A stretch of DNA of 64,000 nt from Cyanophyceae cyanobacterium (GTDB taxonomy: Bacteria; Cyanobacteriota; Cyanobacteriia; Cyanobacteriales; JBHJGN01). Position 1 is the stretch's first letter. The number at the start of each line of letters is the position of its first letter. The stretch lies in assembly GCA_050331735.1 (NCBI GenBank), contig JBHJGN010000029.1:160001-224000 (forward strand). The letters run 5' to 3'. The notes below the pieces were generated by a model. That model was given only the letters and a program-made list of their open reading frames with translations, made no database searches and was not told the DNA's origin. The translations under genes were made by a program, and so were the position numbers. Positions 20,828-29,990 of the stretch are shown here, piece by piece.

Positions 20828-21781
20828 CTATGAGAACTGGCTGACGTAGTTGGAAAGCCACTCTAAGAGATTGAGCTTGTGCAGAATGACCTGTCTGGCT
20901 TCAGCGATCGCCTCTTTGGCTTCGTACCAAGCATCGGGAGTCGCCGTCACCTCTTTGATATGAGCAATGCCCTTTTCGTCCATACTGGGTAATCTTAAAA
21001 AGCTGCCGGGAGGCAGTAACCGATCGGCTGCCGTCCCCCCATAGTAAATTGGCAAACACCAGGCCAACAGAGCATCCCATAGTTTTTCGCTCACGTACCA
21101 TTCGTTGTCAGCATAGTTTTCAACGGCAAGATTATAGTAATAGGGGGCCATGGCGTACCACTTGTTATCTACAGATCCCAGACTCCTTGACCAGTCTGGC
21201 AGCCGTCGTCCGTACAGATCAAATTCAACGCTGCTTTCCTGAAGCTGCTTAAGAAAAGCTAAGCGCTGACGATGATTCTGAGTGCGGTCAATGCCGGACG
21301 TAATCCACGAGCACGCTCTCGTTTTTTCGGGTGGCCCCATTTCGTTTAGTTCGCGAAAAGAATTGGCGTGATACCAAATAGCGGGCATGTAGTCAGGAAC
21401 GGGAGCAAAGCGATCGGGACCAGAAACATAGCCACAGTATTTGCTAGCCGCCGCATAATTCTTCTGATTTTGAGTGACGATCTTCTCGAGTGGGGGTTCG
21501 CGCATCAAGAAAATCATGTTCTCTTTAGGAACACCGCGAAACTGAACTGTCGGGTCGTCTAACGTTTGTTTATGCCAGCGCTTCCACCAAGGACTTTGAG
21601 TCTGGTGCAGACGATGGCAGCTAAACTGATACAGGAGCAGAAAATCTGGCGAGGATGCCGTTGCCAGCATTTGCACTTTTCCCCAAACACCAAAAGGCTG
21701 TGGCGTTTGCTTCCACAGCCAATCCCTTTGGGAGTTGAGACTTTTATAGCTGGTGATCATCCCGACGATTTTTGGATTCAT
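20828..21781 (-). CDS. Glycosyltransferase family 10 (fucosyltransferase-like)
   Basis: YYYNLAVEN...WYVSEKLWDALLAWCLPIYYG is the GT10 signature. Confidence 0.8.
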   Translation of the reverse strand: MNPKIVGMITSYKSLNSQRDWLWKQTPQPFGVWGKVQMLATASSPDFLLLYQFSCHRLHQTQSPWWKRWHKQTLDDPTVQFRGVPKENMIFLMREPPLEKIVTQNQKNYAAASKYCGYVSGPDRFAPVPDYMPAIWYHANSFRELNEMGPPEKTRACSWITSGIDRTQNHRQRLAFLKQLQESSVEFDLYGRRLPDWSRSLGSVDNKWYAMAPYYYNLAVENYADNEWYVSEKLWDALLAWCLPIYYGGTAADRLLPPGSFLRLPSMDEKGIAHIKEVTATPDAWYEAKEAIAEARQVILHKLNLLEWLSNYVSQFS

Positions 21782-21890
21782 TTCCGGCAGGCTAGTTAGG
21801 GACAGACGAGATCAATTATGCCCCAGTCTTTCTCGAACGACATCATAAACCGCGCAAAAACCTAGCTCGTGACCCAGCTTAGCTCAATTT

Positions 21891-22164
21891 GGGAAAAGGG
21901 TAAGGGGGAAAGGGTCAGAACTTTTCGCTGCCTTAACAAGACTCTGTACTGAATGCCAGCACAAGTATTAAGTACGCCTCGTTAGGCTACGAGGGGGTTG
22001 CCGACAGCAAAGCTGTCAGAGCCAAAAATAAAACTCGCCCCAGAAACTCTCGACTTTAGAGAGTAGAAGCGAGTTAACAATCGGGAAAGTCTTCAGCAGA
22101 GAACAATTGACGAGAAAAGACGATTAACGCTCTCCCTTTTCCCCTGACCCTTTTCCCTTTCCCC
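21891..22164. repeat. Inverted pair of GGGGAAA-type heptamer repeat patches bracketing the chlP 3' region
   Basis: GGGAAAAGGGTAAGGGGGAAAGGGTCAG at ~21891 and CCCTTTTCCCCTGACCCTTTTCCCTTTCCCC at ~22134. Confidence 0.7.
22024..22075 (-). terminator. Probable intrinsic terminator of chlP
   Basis: Minus strand AACTCGC..ACTCTC-loop-GAGAGT..GCGAGTT followed by TTATTTTT. Confidence 0.6.
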
Positions 22165-22177
22165 GTCTCAGAGCGGC

Positions 22178-23398
22178 TTAAGGCGCTAAAGCGTGACCGC
22201 GCAGCAGGCTACCAACCGTTTTAGCGGTAATTTTTAACTGGACTAAAGGATTAGCGGGAACAACGGTTTTATAGAGATAGCTGTCAAAGGTCATTTTTTG
22301 TACATCTCTGTCTGCACACATTTCTACAAACGCCTCGCGGGTCGCATCCGAGCGATAGAAGACGCTTTGGAGAATGTCTAAGACCTTGTAGGTCATACCG
22401 TATTTCTTATCCCACCGCTTTAGGTACAGCTTAAGATCGGTTTCGGTAGGAATGCGAGTGCCACCATTAGAGGTTTCCACAATGGTTTCAGCACACATCC
22501 GAGCCGATTTAGCGGCAAAATAAATGCCTTCTCCAGAAGACTTAGTGACGGTTCCGGCGGCATCACCTACAAGCGCGACGCGACCAGCGACGCGGCGAGG
22601 ACGGGGATGTTCAGGAATGGGATGAGCCTCAACTTTAATAATTTGCCCTCCCTCTAGGCGACGGGCAGCACGAGCGCGGATTCCGGCTTGCAGGTGCTTG
22701 ATCTGGGTTTTATTGATCTTCATGGTGCCAGTGCCCACGGCAACGTGGTCGTATTTGGGAAACACCCAGGCGTAGAAGTCGGGGGAGACATCGTTGCCCA
22801 CGTACATCTCTGCCCGATCTTCGTAGTACTGCATTAGAGGTTCCGGGAGGCGAATCCGTTCCTGGAAGGCGATCGCGTAGTTGTAGTCTCCCGCGTCAAT
22901 TGCCTTGGCAATGCGGGAATTCGCGCCATCAGCGCCAATTACCACGTCAACTTTAAGAGTCTTCATGACCCCTTTGCCATCGCCGTTGGAGTGGTCGGTG
23001 TAGTGCAGCGTGTAGGGTTCTGTTTGGGTTTTAGGAATATCTAATTGGTAAACGGTGCCGTTGATAAGCTGAGCCCCTAGCTTGGCAGCGCGATCGCGCA
23101 TAAAGCCATCGAGGATCTCACGGCGGCACATTCCGATATATTCGTTTTCGTTATCTAAATTAATATCAACTTCAACGTTGGAAGGCGAGATCATCTTCAT
23201 CTTGCGAACTCGCCGATCCACGATTTCTGGCGGCAGATCAAATTCACTGACCATGCATAGGGGAATAGCTCCACCGCAGGGCTTAGCATTGTCGAGCTTG
23301 CGCTCAAACAAATACGTTTCAATTCCGGATTTGGCTAGCGTTTCAGCGGCGGAGGAACCCGCCGGTCCTGAACCAACAACAGCAACCCTTATTCCCAA
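22178..23398 (-). CDS. chlP: Geranylgeranyl reductase
   Basis: VAVVGSGPAG, AKPCGGAIP, GDAAGTVTKSSGEGIYFA; TTG start at 23398 after AGGAG. Confidence 0.95.
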   Translation of the reverse strand: MGIRVAVVGSGPAGSSAAETLAKSGIETYLFERKLDNAKPCGGAIPLCMVSEFDLPPEIVDRRVRKMKMISPSNVEVDINLDNENEYIGMCRREILDGFMRDRAAKLGAQLINGTVYQLDIPKTQTEPYTLHYTDHSNGDGKGVMKTLKVDVVIGADGANSRIAKAIDAGDYNYAIAFQERIRLPEPLMQYYEDRAEMYVGNDVSPDFYAWVFPKYDHVAVGTGTMKINKTQIKHLQAGIRARAARRLEGGQIIKVEAHPIPEHPRPRRVAGRVALVGDAAGTVTKSSGEGIYFAAKSARMCAETIVETSNGGTRIPTETDLKLYLKRWDKKYGMTYKVLDILQSVFYRSDATREAFVEMCADRDVQKMTFDSYLYKTVVPANPLVQLKITAKTVGSLLRGHALAP

Positions 23399-23529
23399 GG
23401 CTTTTCTCCTATCTTTATCCACGAGCTACGCAGAGCATCGTATCACGCTCTTCTGACGCAATCGGCTCTAGACAGGGGAAGATGCCCAAAGTTGAAATAG
23501 AGTTTAACAAACTAGTCAATAAAGCTTAA

Positions 23530-23572
23530 CAGTGAGCAGTTACCAAATTAAGCCGCTGGTCACTGCTCACTG
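23530..23572. repeat. Inverted CAGTGAG/CAGTTAC heptamer (STRR-like) repeat forming a hairpin
   Basis: CAGTGAGCAGTTACCA ... TGGTCACTGCTCACTG (15/16 complementary), right after the stop at 23574; related heptamers at 8176-8197, 51419-51442 and ~60862. Confidence 0.65.
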
Positions 23573-23573
23573 A

Positions 23574-23903
23574 CTAGACTGGCGGGAGTCCCTTCATCTG
23601 GCGAATAGCGTTCACGCAGGCGATACAGTCGCAGCCGAAGAGGGCGATCGCTGCATCACTTTCTGCTTCACTAAACTCCAGCATCGGAGCGTCTTCTGAA
23701 AAGTGACGGGGCGCTTGTAGCGAGTTTGGCTGCGATCGCGTACAGGTTAAGTTACCCATGCCAGTCGAACTGCATGCTGAAGTCGGGGCTTCAAACGTTA
23801 ATTCTTGCGAATGAGCGGGCGCTGTAACGAGGGTAGAAATAATCGGTGCTAAAAATACGGGGAAAGTCAGCAGGTTGAGGAAAATTTTGTTGGTACGTAT
23901 CAT
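23574..23903 (-). CDS. Conserved cyanobacterial hypothetical protein with a probable signal peptide and C-terminal CxCxxC
   Basis: Hydrophobic N-terminus ending APAHS; EFSEAESDAAIALFGCDCIACVNAIRQ. Confidence 0.7.
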   Translation of the reverse strand: MIRTNKIFLNLLTFPVFLAPIISTLVTAPAHSQELTFEAPTSACSSTGMGNLTCTRSQPNSLQAPRHFSEDAPMLEFSEAESDAAIALFGCDCIACVNAIRQMKGLPPV

Positions 23904-24158
23904 AAGCGATCGTCCTTAATACAGGGCAGCATTGCGCAGCAGCATAGCGGCATTTGAATATTAGCATTCAAATTAGCGACCTTAACTGAGCTGCTCGACA
24001 CGATTATACTGATCAGAGCACAAATGCGTAATCCTTTGCCATTTTTTTCTTGGATATGGATGAGAAAATTCTGACGGTGGAATTTCTTGATAGTTTAAGG
24101 AGAGAATTCACCAAATTTTATAACTAGTCAAGCTAGACAACCTGAGTCGGGGTAAGAA

Positions 24159-24206
24159 TAGCGGTGGTTAAAACCACTGCTACACAAACAAAACCTGCTG
24201 GCGCAG
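24159..24206. repeat. Degenerate REP-like palindromic repeat
   Basis: TAGCGGTGGTT-AA-AACCACTGCTA hairpin followed by CACAAACAAAACCTGC..GCAG; resembles cyanobacterial intergenic palindromes from memory; single copy in this window. Confidence 0.35.
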
Positions 24207-24610
24207 ATCTCTTAAATCGGCATGAAAATTCGGATTGAGTAGATTGCATTTGGAGTAGGGAAGATTCAGATACAGAAGCGATGCTAAATACCACGCCTTT
24301 AACAGTTGATTTCACCAAAGAAGAGTCAGTTTTATAGAGCTTGCCAAAATCACCACAATCAAGTCAGCCAGTGGCATGGAACACAGTTTACTTTGGGCAT
24401 CACCGTCAGCCTAGTCATGAAACACCTTAATACTCTTCTCCCCAACACTCTCTTAGCATTGATCTTGGACGCGCGACCGCGGTAGAAAGATGGTGAGGAA
24501 GTGGATGCTTTAAGAGGAAAACTGTCAGACACGTAGACACCACAATTTATGCGGCCAATGTTCCTCAAAAGCAACGCTGGGATAGAGAAGGTGAATTCAT
24601 TTTAGAATAG

Positions 24611-25273
24611 CTAGGCAAGCAAATCTTGGATAATCTGCCGACGTTTCTCCTGGCGATTTTGGCTCTGAACTTTGACCCTTGCTACCACTTCAGCCGGAGC
24701 GGTGTGAGGAGAACCAGACTGGAATGGGGGAGCCGGATTGTATTCCATCGCTAGCTGAATTTCTTGGGCGATCGCTTCGTCAAATAATTCGGCAGCGATC
24801 GCTAAACCAAAGTCAATCCCTGCCGTCACTCCCCCACCTGTAATTCGGTTGCGGTCAATTACAACTCGTTCTGCTACGGTCTCTACCCCAAACATCTCTA
24901 GGAGTTCAAGCGACTGCCAGTGGGTGGTGGCGCGATACCCTTGCAGCAATCCTGCTGCTGCCAGTAATAGTGAACCGGTGCAGACCGAGGTCACGTATTG
25001 GGCTTGGTCACCGAGAGTTTTTAAACACCGCAGGAATGAGCGATCTTCTAGCTTGAGATTGACTCCCCCTCCTCCTGGAACAAACAGCACATTTAGAGCT
25101 AGATTTTGGGCCAGCGTCGCGTTGGGGAAAAAAGCCATGTTCCCGCTCTGAACTGGTTCGAGAGTTTCTGCCAATAGGTAGAGCCGTGTATCGGGTAACC
25201 GGGTAAAAACTTCGTAGGGACTCGTCAGATCTAACTGCGTGAGGTTGGGAAACACAACCATGCCAATCTTCAT
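24611..25273 (-). CDS. DJ-1/PfpI family protein (isonitrile hydratase InhA-like)
   Basis: FPNLTQLDLTSPYEVF, VTSVCTGSLLL (catalytic Cys), ITGGGVTAGIDFGL, EYNPAPPF. Confidence 0.88.
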   Translation of the reverse strand: MKIGMVVFPNLTQLDLTSPYEVFTRLPDTRLYLLAETLEPVQSGNMAFFPNATLAQNLALNVLFVPGGGGVNLKLEDRSFLRCLKTLGDQAQYVTSVCTGSLLLAAAGLLQGYRATTHWQSLELLEMFGVETVAERVVIDRNRITGGGVTAGIDFGLAIAAELFDEAIAQEIQLAMEYNPAPPFQSGSPHTAPAEVVARVKVQSQNRQEKRRQIIQDLLA

Positions 25274-25279
25274 GCTGCT

Positions 25280-25759
25280 CTAAGCGGCTCTCCGCTTTGT
25301 AAAACCGTGTCTTTGGGGAACTCCTTGAGAAATAATCTGATGCAGGAGCGGAATTTTGGCACTATTATAGACCCGAAACTCGCTCTCGACGGTAGCTGCT
25401 GCGGTACGCACTGCCTGGTTAATCACGAGGGAACCATCGGGATCGGAGACGGAGCGATGAAAAGTACCGGGAGGAATCCGCAGTATATCGCTGTTAGCTT
25501 CTAAGCGCACAACGTGATAGGGATATTCCCACGAAAGATTAACTAGATAAAAGGTTCTACCTCCTGAAAGCGCCAGCAGGTTATCTTCCTGACGAGGGTG
25601 GAGATAAAACTGCCAGTTGCCGCTTGCGCTATTGTAAGGACTAACTGCCGGACCATCGTGAAAGACCAGATCGCGGGCATTAGAATGGGGAATTGTAATG
25701 TCAAAAAAGCGAACGTTCGGGGTATCTCGGAATTTGTGATAGGTAAGTAATTCAAACAC
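25280..25759 (-). CDS. Cupin-fold hypothetical protein
   Basis: FYLHPRQEDNL and LRIPPGTFHRS resemble the two cupin motifs; GTG start. Confidence 0.7.
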   Translation of the reverse strand: MFELLTYHKFRDTPNVRFFDITIPHSNARDLVFHDGPAVSPYNSASGNWQFYLHPRQEDNLLALSGGRTFYLVNLSWEYPYHVVRLEANSDILRIPPGTFHRSVSDPDGSLVINQAVRTAAATVESEFRVYNSAKIPLLHQIISQGVPQRHGFTKRRAA

Positions 25760-25840
25760 AGCTCTTCACACCAAGGTCTAGGGTTCTTTTCTGTAGCCTA
25801 GCCTTTACATTTTTTAACGTCAAAACTGATCGAGAATCTT

Positions 25841-25863
25841 ATCTATGCACAAAGCGGATAGAT
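25841..25863. promoter_or_regulatory. LysR-type recognition box
   Basis: ATCTAT-N11-ATAGAT dyad containing T-N11-A, between the divergent lysR and cupin genes. Confidence 0.65.
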
Positions 25864-25881
25864 CAACCTTGCTAAGGACAG

Positions 25882-26757
25882 ATGAACCTTTATCAGCTCA
25901 AGATTTTGCTAGTTGTTGCCGAGACAGGGAATTTTTCCGTAGCGGCGCTCAAGCTCAACGTATCTCAATCCTCAGTGAGTCGAGCGATCGCCTCTTTAGA
26001 AGAAGAACTGGGAGTGCCGCTGTTTTCGCGAGGACGGTTTGGGGCTCGTCTGACGCTGGTGGGCGAGAAAATTGTCGTTCACGCTCGTCGCATTTTAGAG
26101 ATTCGAGAAAGCATCGAGCAAGAGGTAAATCTCGAAAAAGGTTTACACCGAGGACGGGTCCGAGTGGCTTCGTTTCGCAGTGCCGCCACTCACTTACTGC
26201 CGCCGACGATCGCGCGCTTTAGTCGGCAGTTTCCTAACGTTGAAGTGACTCTCACAGAGCGAGATCCACTCGGAGTCGAGCAGGCTTTGCGAGACGGAGA
26301 AGCCGACATTGGTTTGCTGCCGTTACCTCGTTCGGAAGAATTTGACACGTGGGAAATTGCCAGAGACGAGTATGTTGTGCTGTTGCCTCCAACGGCGGGG
26401 ATCGTTTCCCCTTTGACTTGGAAGCAGCTCTCTTCCTACTCGTTTATTTTGTTTAACTACGCAGAATGTACCTCAGCGGTGCGGGAACACTGGGCTAGTT
26501 GGGGACAAAGCTTAGAAGTTGCCCACGCCATTAAAGAAGATTCCACGATTGTCAGTATGGTGGCTCAAGGGCTAGGCGCAGCCATTCTTCCTCGTTTAGC
26601 CGCACTACCGATTCCTGAAAGCATTCAGGTTGAGTCTTTACCCGTTCCCCTAGAAAGAGTCATCGGTGCGGCTATTCTAGCTAATTCCCTGCAAACAACC
26701 GCTACCTTTGCTTTTCTAGATGTTTTAAGAGGCACAGGGGTGTTTGCGGACAAATAA
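25882..26757 (+). CDS. LysR-family transcriptional regulator
   Basis: GNFSVAALKLNVSQSSVSRAIASLEEELGVPLFSR HTH; SMVAQGLGAAILP. Confidence 0.93.
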   Translation: MNLYQLKILLVVAETGNFSVAALKLNVSQSSVSRAIASLEEELGVPLFSRGRFGARLTLVGEKIVVHARRILEIRESIEQEVNLEKGLHRGRVRVASFRSAATHLLPPTIARFSRQFPNVEVTLTERDPLGVEQALRDGEADIGLLPLPRSEEFDTWEIARDEYVVLLPPTAGIVSPLTWKQLSSYSFILFNYAECTSAVREHWASWGQSLEVAHAIKEDSTIVSMVAQGLGAAILPRLAALPIPESIQVESLPVPLERVIGAAILANSLQTTATFAFLDVLRGTGVFADK

Positions 26758-26807
26758 TCAGTGATCGCTAATGAGGAATTCAGTCCGATTTCTGTCTCTC
26801 TACACCG

Positions 26808-27092
26808 TCACGCTGCACTTGACCAGCCCTGCACTTTCTGCCCAATTTTAAAAATAACCGAGCTTCCTAAACCTAACTGCTGAGCGACAGCAAGAAGCGT
26901 TGCTATCTGTTTCTGAGTGGTTGCTATTGAGTGAGGGCAAGCTTCAAAATTGAGACACAGGACAGTAGAGCAGCCCCACGGTTCCCGAAACACTCGACAA
27001 GCCTGGGGAAGACAGTTTGTTAAAGAGCGAAATCGGTTCATGGCTGCTTTTTCAAAGTCTGTGCTTGTACTCTTTAATGATTGATTCGCCAT
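26808..27092 (-). CDS. Conserved cyanobacterial hypothetical protein
   Basis: 94-aa ATG ORF with CRVFREPWGCSTVLCLNF. Confidence 0.65.
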   Translation of the reverse strand: MANQSLKSTSTDFEKAAMNRFRSLTNCLPQACRVFREPWGCSTVLCLNFEACPHSIATTQKQIATLLAVAQQLGLGSSVIFKIGQKVQGWSSAA

Positions 27093-27211
27093 AATTTTTC
27101 TCCGCTAGTCAGCAACGCTTCGCTTGAACTCTTTCATCTGTAACACAGCAGCGTAGAACAATTTGTACTTTACGCTGCTATTTTAGCCTACCCGCCAGCA
27201 CCCTCATGGGC

Positions 27212-27844
27212 TTAGCGGCCTAGAGCGTACATCTGATTAATCACATCAGCACAGTGCTGAGTGACCTTCGCTAACTCTTCCCGCTTCGTCGAGGGCGGTG
27301 GGGCGATCGCCTTGCCGATACGCACCGTCACCGAGACCGGTCGCGGGAAGGTTCCTTGCAAAATTCCTTCGGTTCCCCACAGGCTCAACGGCACTAGCGG
27401 GACTTTGGCTTTGGCCGCAATCATCGCCGCTCCTAATTTTGGCTCGATAATCCGTGCGTCTGACGTTCGCTGTCCAGTTAAAAATAGCCCCACGGCCCAC
27501 CCTTGCTGAAGCTTGGTCATGGCGGCGCGAATGGCGCTGCGGTCTGCGGTTTGCCGCTTCACGGGATAGGCGCCGTACAGATGAATCGCTTGCCTGAGAA
27601 CAGGAACGGTAAACAGTTCTGCTTTCGCCATAAAAGCCACCGGACGACGAACACAGCAGGACACAATCGGTGGATCGAAGTAGCTAGCATGATTACTCAC
27701 GATCACGACTGGACCGGTTTGGGGCACATTTTCTGGTCCATGAATCCGTCCCCGAAAGTAAGCATGCAGCATGGGGCTGACCACTGACCACTTAAATAAG
27801 TGATACAAAACCAAGCTAGCGACAGGTTCTCTTTCGGCATCCAC
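27212..27844 (-). CDS. plsC: 1-acyl-sn-glycerol-3-phosphate acyltransferase
   Basis: SNHASYFD (HX4D), FMAKAELF; directly downstream of fabD. Confidence 0.85.
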   Translation of the reverse strand: MDAEREPVASLVLYHLFKWSVVSPMLHAYFRGRIHGPENVPQTGPVVIVSNHASYFDPPIVSCCVRRPVAFMAKAELFTVPVLRQAIHLYGAYPVKRQTADRSAIRAAMTKLQQGWAVGLFLTGQRTSDARIIEPKLGAAMIAAKAKVPLVPLSLWGTEGILQGTFPRPVSVTVRIGKAIAPPPSTKREELAKVTQHCADVINQMYALGR

Positions 27845-27924
27845 TAGAAATCGTCAGTCAAATGATTGGAAAGCGTTTAGCGCTTAGCGTTTTACTGTAG
27901 CTGATGAATGAAAAACAGCATCGC

Positions 27925-28800
27925 TTAGAGGCTAGACAAGCTAGTAAAATCGCTGATATTCTTCAACTCTAGCTCTTTACAGGTTCTTTTAAGTAAGCCC
28001 GTGAGGACTTTACCTGGACCAACTTCAATTGCCTGGGAGACTTCCTCCTCAGAGAGCTTGAGCATAATTTCTCGCCAGCGGACTGTTCCAGTCATCTGCT
28101 GGACGAGGCGCTCTTTCAGTTCTACTCCCGACTGCGTTGGCTGAGGATCGACATTAGAGAGTACCGGAATCTTCGCATCCGCAAAGGCCACGGTCTGCAA
28201 CATTGCTGCAAACTGCTGAGCCGGGGTAGCCATCCCGGCAGAATGAAAAGCACCAGAAACGTTGAGCAGCACGGCTCGCTTGGCTTTTACCTGAGTCATC
28301 GCCTTCTCCACCGCTTCAGGCGTACCGGAAATCACGATCTGCTCAGCACTGTTATCGTTAGCAACAGCCACATCAGCCTCTGCGAGTACTTGATGAAGCT
28401 GCTCCCGATCGAATTTCATCAGTGCTGCCATCCGGCCTCCCGCCGCTGCATCCATCAATTCCGCTCTTCTCTTGACTAAATCAAGGCCCGTTTCAAACTC
28501 CAATACTCCAGCGACCGTTAAAGCGACATACTCGCCCAAGCTATGACCTGCCACTACATCAGGACAATGCCCCTGCTGCCTCAGTAAGTCAGCTAAGATG
28601 TTTTCCAGCACGTAGAGACAAGGCTGAGTATACAGCGTTCGATTTACCTGTTCTTGCTGACAGAGCTCAAGCACTGACCACCCTAAGATTGCTTCCGCTT
28701 GAGAAAATTTAGCTCGTGCTTCCGGAAGTGCGGCTAAATCCGCTTCCATCCCCACAGACTGAGAACCTTGTCCGGGAAATACCCATGCAGTTTTAGTCAT
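27925..28800 (-). CDS. fabD: Malonyl-CoA:ACP transacylase
   Basis: FPGQGSQ, GHSLGEY, VSGAFHS; start reset to ATG 28800. Confidence 0.95.
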   Translation of the reverse strand: MTKTAWVFPGQGSQSVGMEADLAALPEARAKFSQAEAILGWSVLELCQQEQVNRTLYTQPCLYVLENILADLLRQQGHCPDVVAGHSLGEYVALTVAGVLEFETGLDLVKRRAELMDAAAGGRMAALMKFDREQLHQVLAEADVAVANDNSAEQIVISGTPEAVEKAMTQVKAKRAVLLNVSGAFHSAGMATPAQQFAAMLQTVAFADAKIPVLSNVDPQPTQSGVELKERLVQQMTGTVRWREIMLKLSEEEVSQAIEVGPGKVLTGLLKRTCKELELKNISDFTSLSSL

Positions 28801-28824
28801 AATCGAAGTCACTCTGTAATGACA

Positions 28825-28980
28825 GCGCCACAGGCGCAGGAAAAGCCGCTGTCGCGGTGGGAAAAAGGAAAGCGCCACAGGCGCGGGGAAAGGGGGAAAT
28901 CAATCAGCGGCTCTCTCAATCCTAGGGTCTTTTCCCGTCGCCAAGCGACAGTTTCCCCTTTCCCCGTCCCGCTAGGGACA
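28825..28980. repeat. Composite intergenic repeat (GGGGAAA heptamers plus mini-hairpins), copy A
   Basis: 28885-28980 is the reverse complement of 35831-35926 with 11 mismatches in 96 nt and no gaps (hand alignment). Confidence 0.85.
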
Positions 28981-28984
28981 TCAA

Positions 28985-29803
28985 CTAGGAAGACTTGGGT
29001 GCTAGCTTAACATTCTTGGCTAAGCCAACAAACTGTAGGCAGCGAATCATCATCCAGGTCGTATCAATTTCCCACCACTGCAAACCGTGGCGAGCCGAAT
29101 ACTGGTAAGCATGATGATTGTTGTGCCAGCCTTCTCCGAAGGTTAACAGGGCTACCCACCAGCAGTTACGGGAATTATCGTGGGACTCGTGGCTTTTGTA
29201 GCCAAATCGATGAGTGGCGCTGTTGACAAACCAGGTAAAGTGAAACACCAACGCGAGGCGGACGAAAATGCCCCAGATAACGGTCGGCCATCCTCCTAAC
29301 CAGAGGAGCAGCAGGCCAAAAACGATCTGAATCGGCAAAAAGTATTTCTGGAAAAATTGATAGACCGGATCGTTAGCGATATCTTGGGTGTAGCGCGGAA
29401 TGTCTTTGTCGGCGGGAATTTTAAACAGCATCCAGCCGACATGACTCCACCAAAAGCCTCGGTTGGAATCGTGGGGATCGGGTTCTGTATCCGAATGCTT
29501 ATGGTGAATTCGGTGGAGACCAATCCAGTCGATTGGACCCCCTTGACAGGCCAGAGTACCGCAAAATACGAAGAAATACTCGAGCCACTTGGGGGTTTGA
29601 AAACTGCGATGGGCGACTAAGCGATGATAGCCTAAAGTAATCCCTAACCCTCCGGTAATGATATAGAGTACAAAGGCAATGCCGATGGCTCTCCAGCTAA
29701 AGTTACTGGGAAATAGGGCCAGTAAAGCCATCAAATGGATGACGACGATACCGATGATAAAGCTCCATTCTGGAGTCCGTTGATTTGAGGTTGCTACAGT
29801 CAT
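28985..29803 (-). CDS. desC: Delta-9 acyl-lipid desaturase
   Basis: His boxes HRLVAH, HRIHH and HNNHH; GEGWHNNHH. Confidence 0.92.
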   Translation of the reverse strand: MTVATSNQRTPEWSFIIGIVVIHLMALLALFPSNFSWRAIGIAFVLYIITGGLGITLGYHRLVAHRSFQTPKWLEYFFVFCGTLACQGGPIDWIGLHRIHHKHSDTEPDPHDSNRGFWWSHVGWMLFKIPADKDIPRYTQDIANDPVYQFFQKYFLPIQIVFGLLLLWLGGWPTVIWGIFVRLALVFHFTWFVNSATHRFGYKSHESHDNSRNCWWVALLTFGEGWHNNHHAYQYSARHGLQWWEIDTTWMMIRCLQFVGLAKNVKLAPKSS

Positions 29804-29990
29804 GCAGTAATTTAAGTTCACTCCTTAACAGTTAAATATCAGCAACATTCGAGCTTGCCGTTCCTGCGAATCACTCAGGTCAACAAAGACTGAGCAAGCT
29901 AGAAACATCGCTGAGATTACCACTCATTTAGTTTAAAGTTATCTTTGGGTGGCTCAAAGAATCATTCCAAAATCTTACAAAAATGACTTC

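Noticed and set aside
28801..28878. N-terminal extension of FabD in the ORF track
   Set aside because: It derives from the intergenic repeat; FabD homology starts at MTKTAWVFPGQG (28800)
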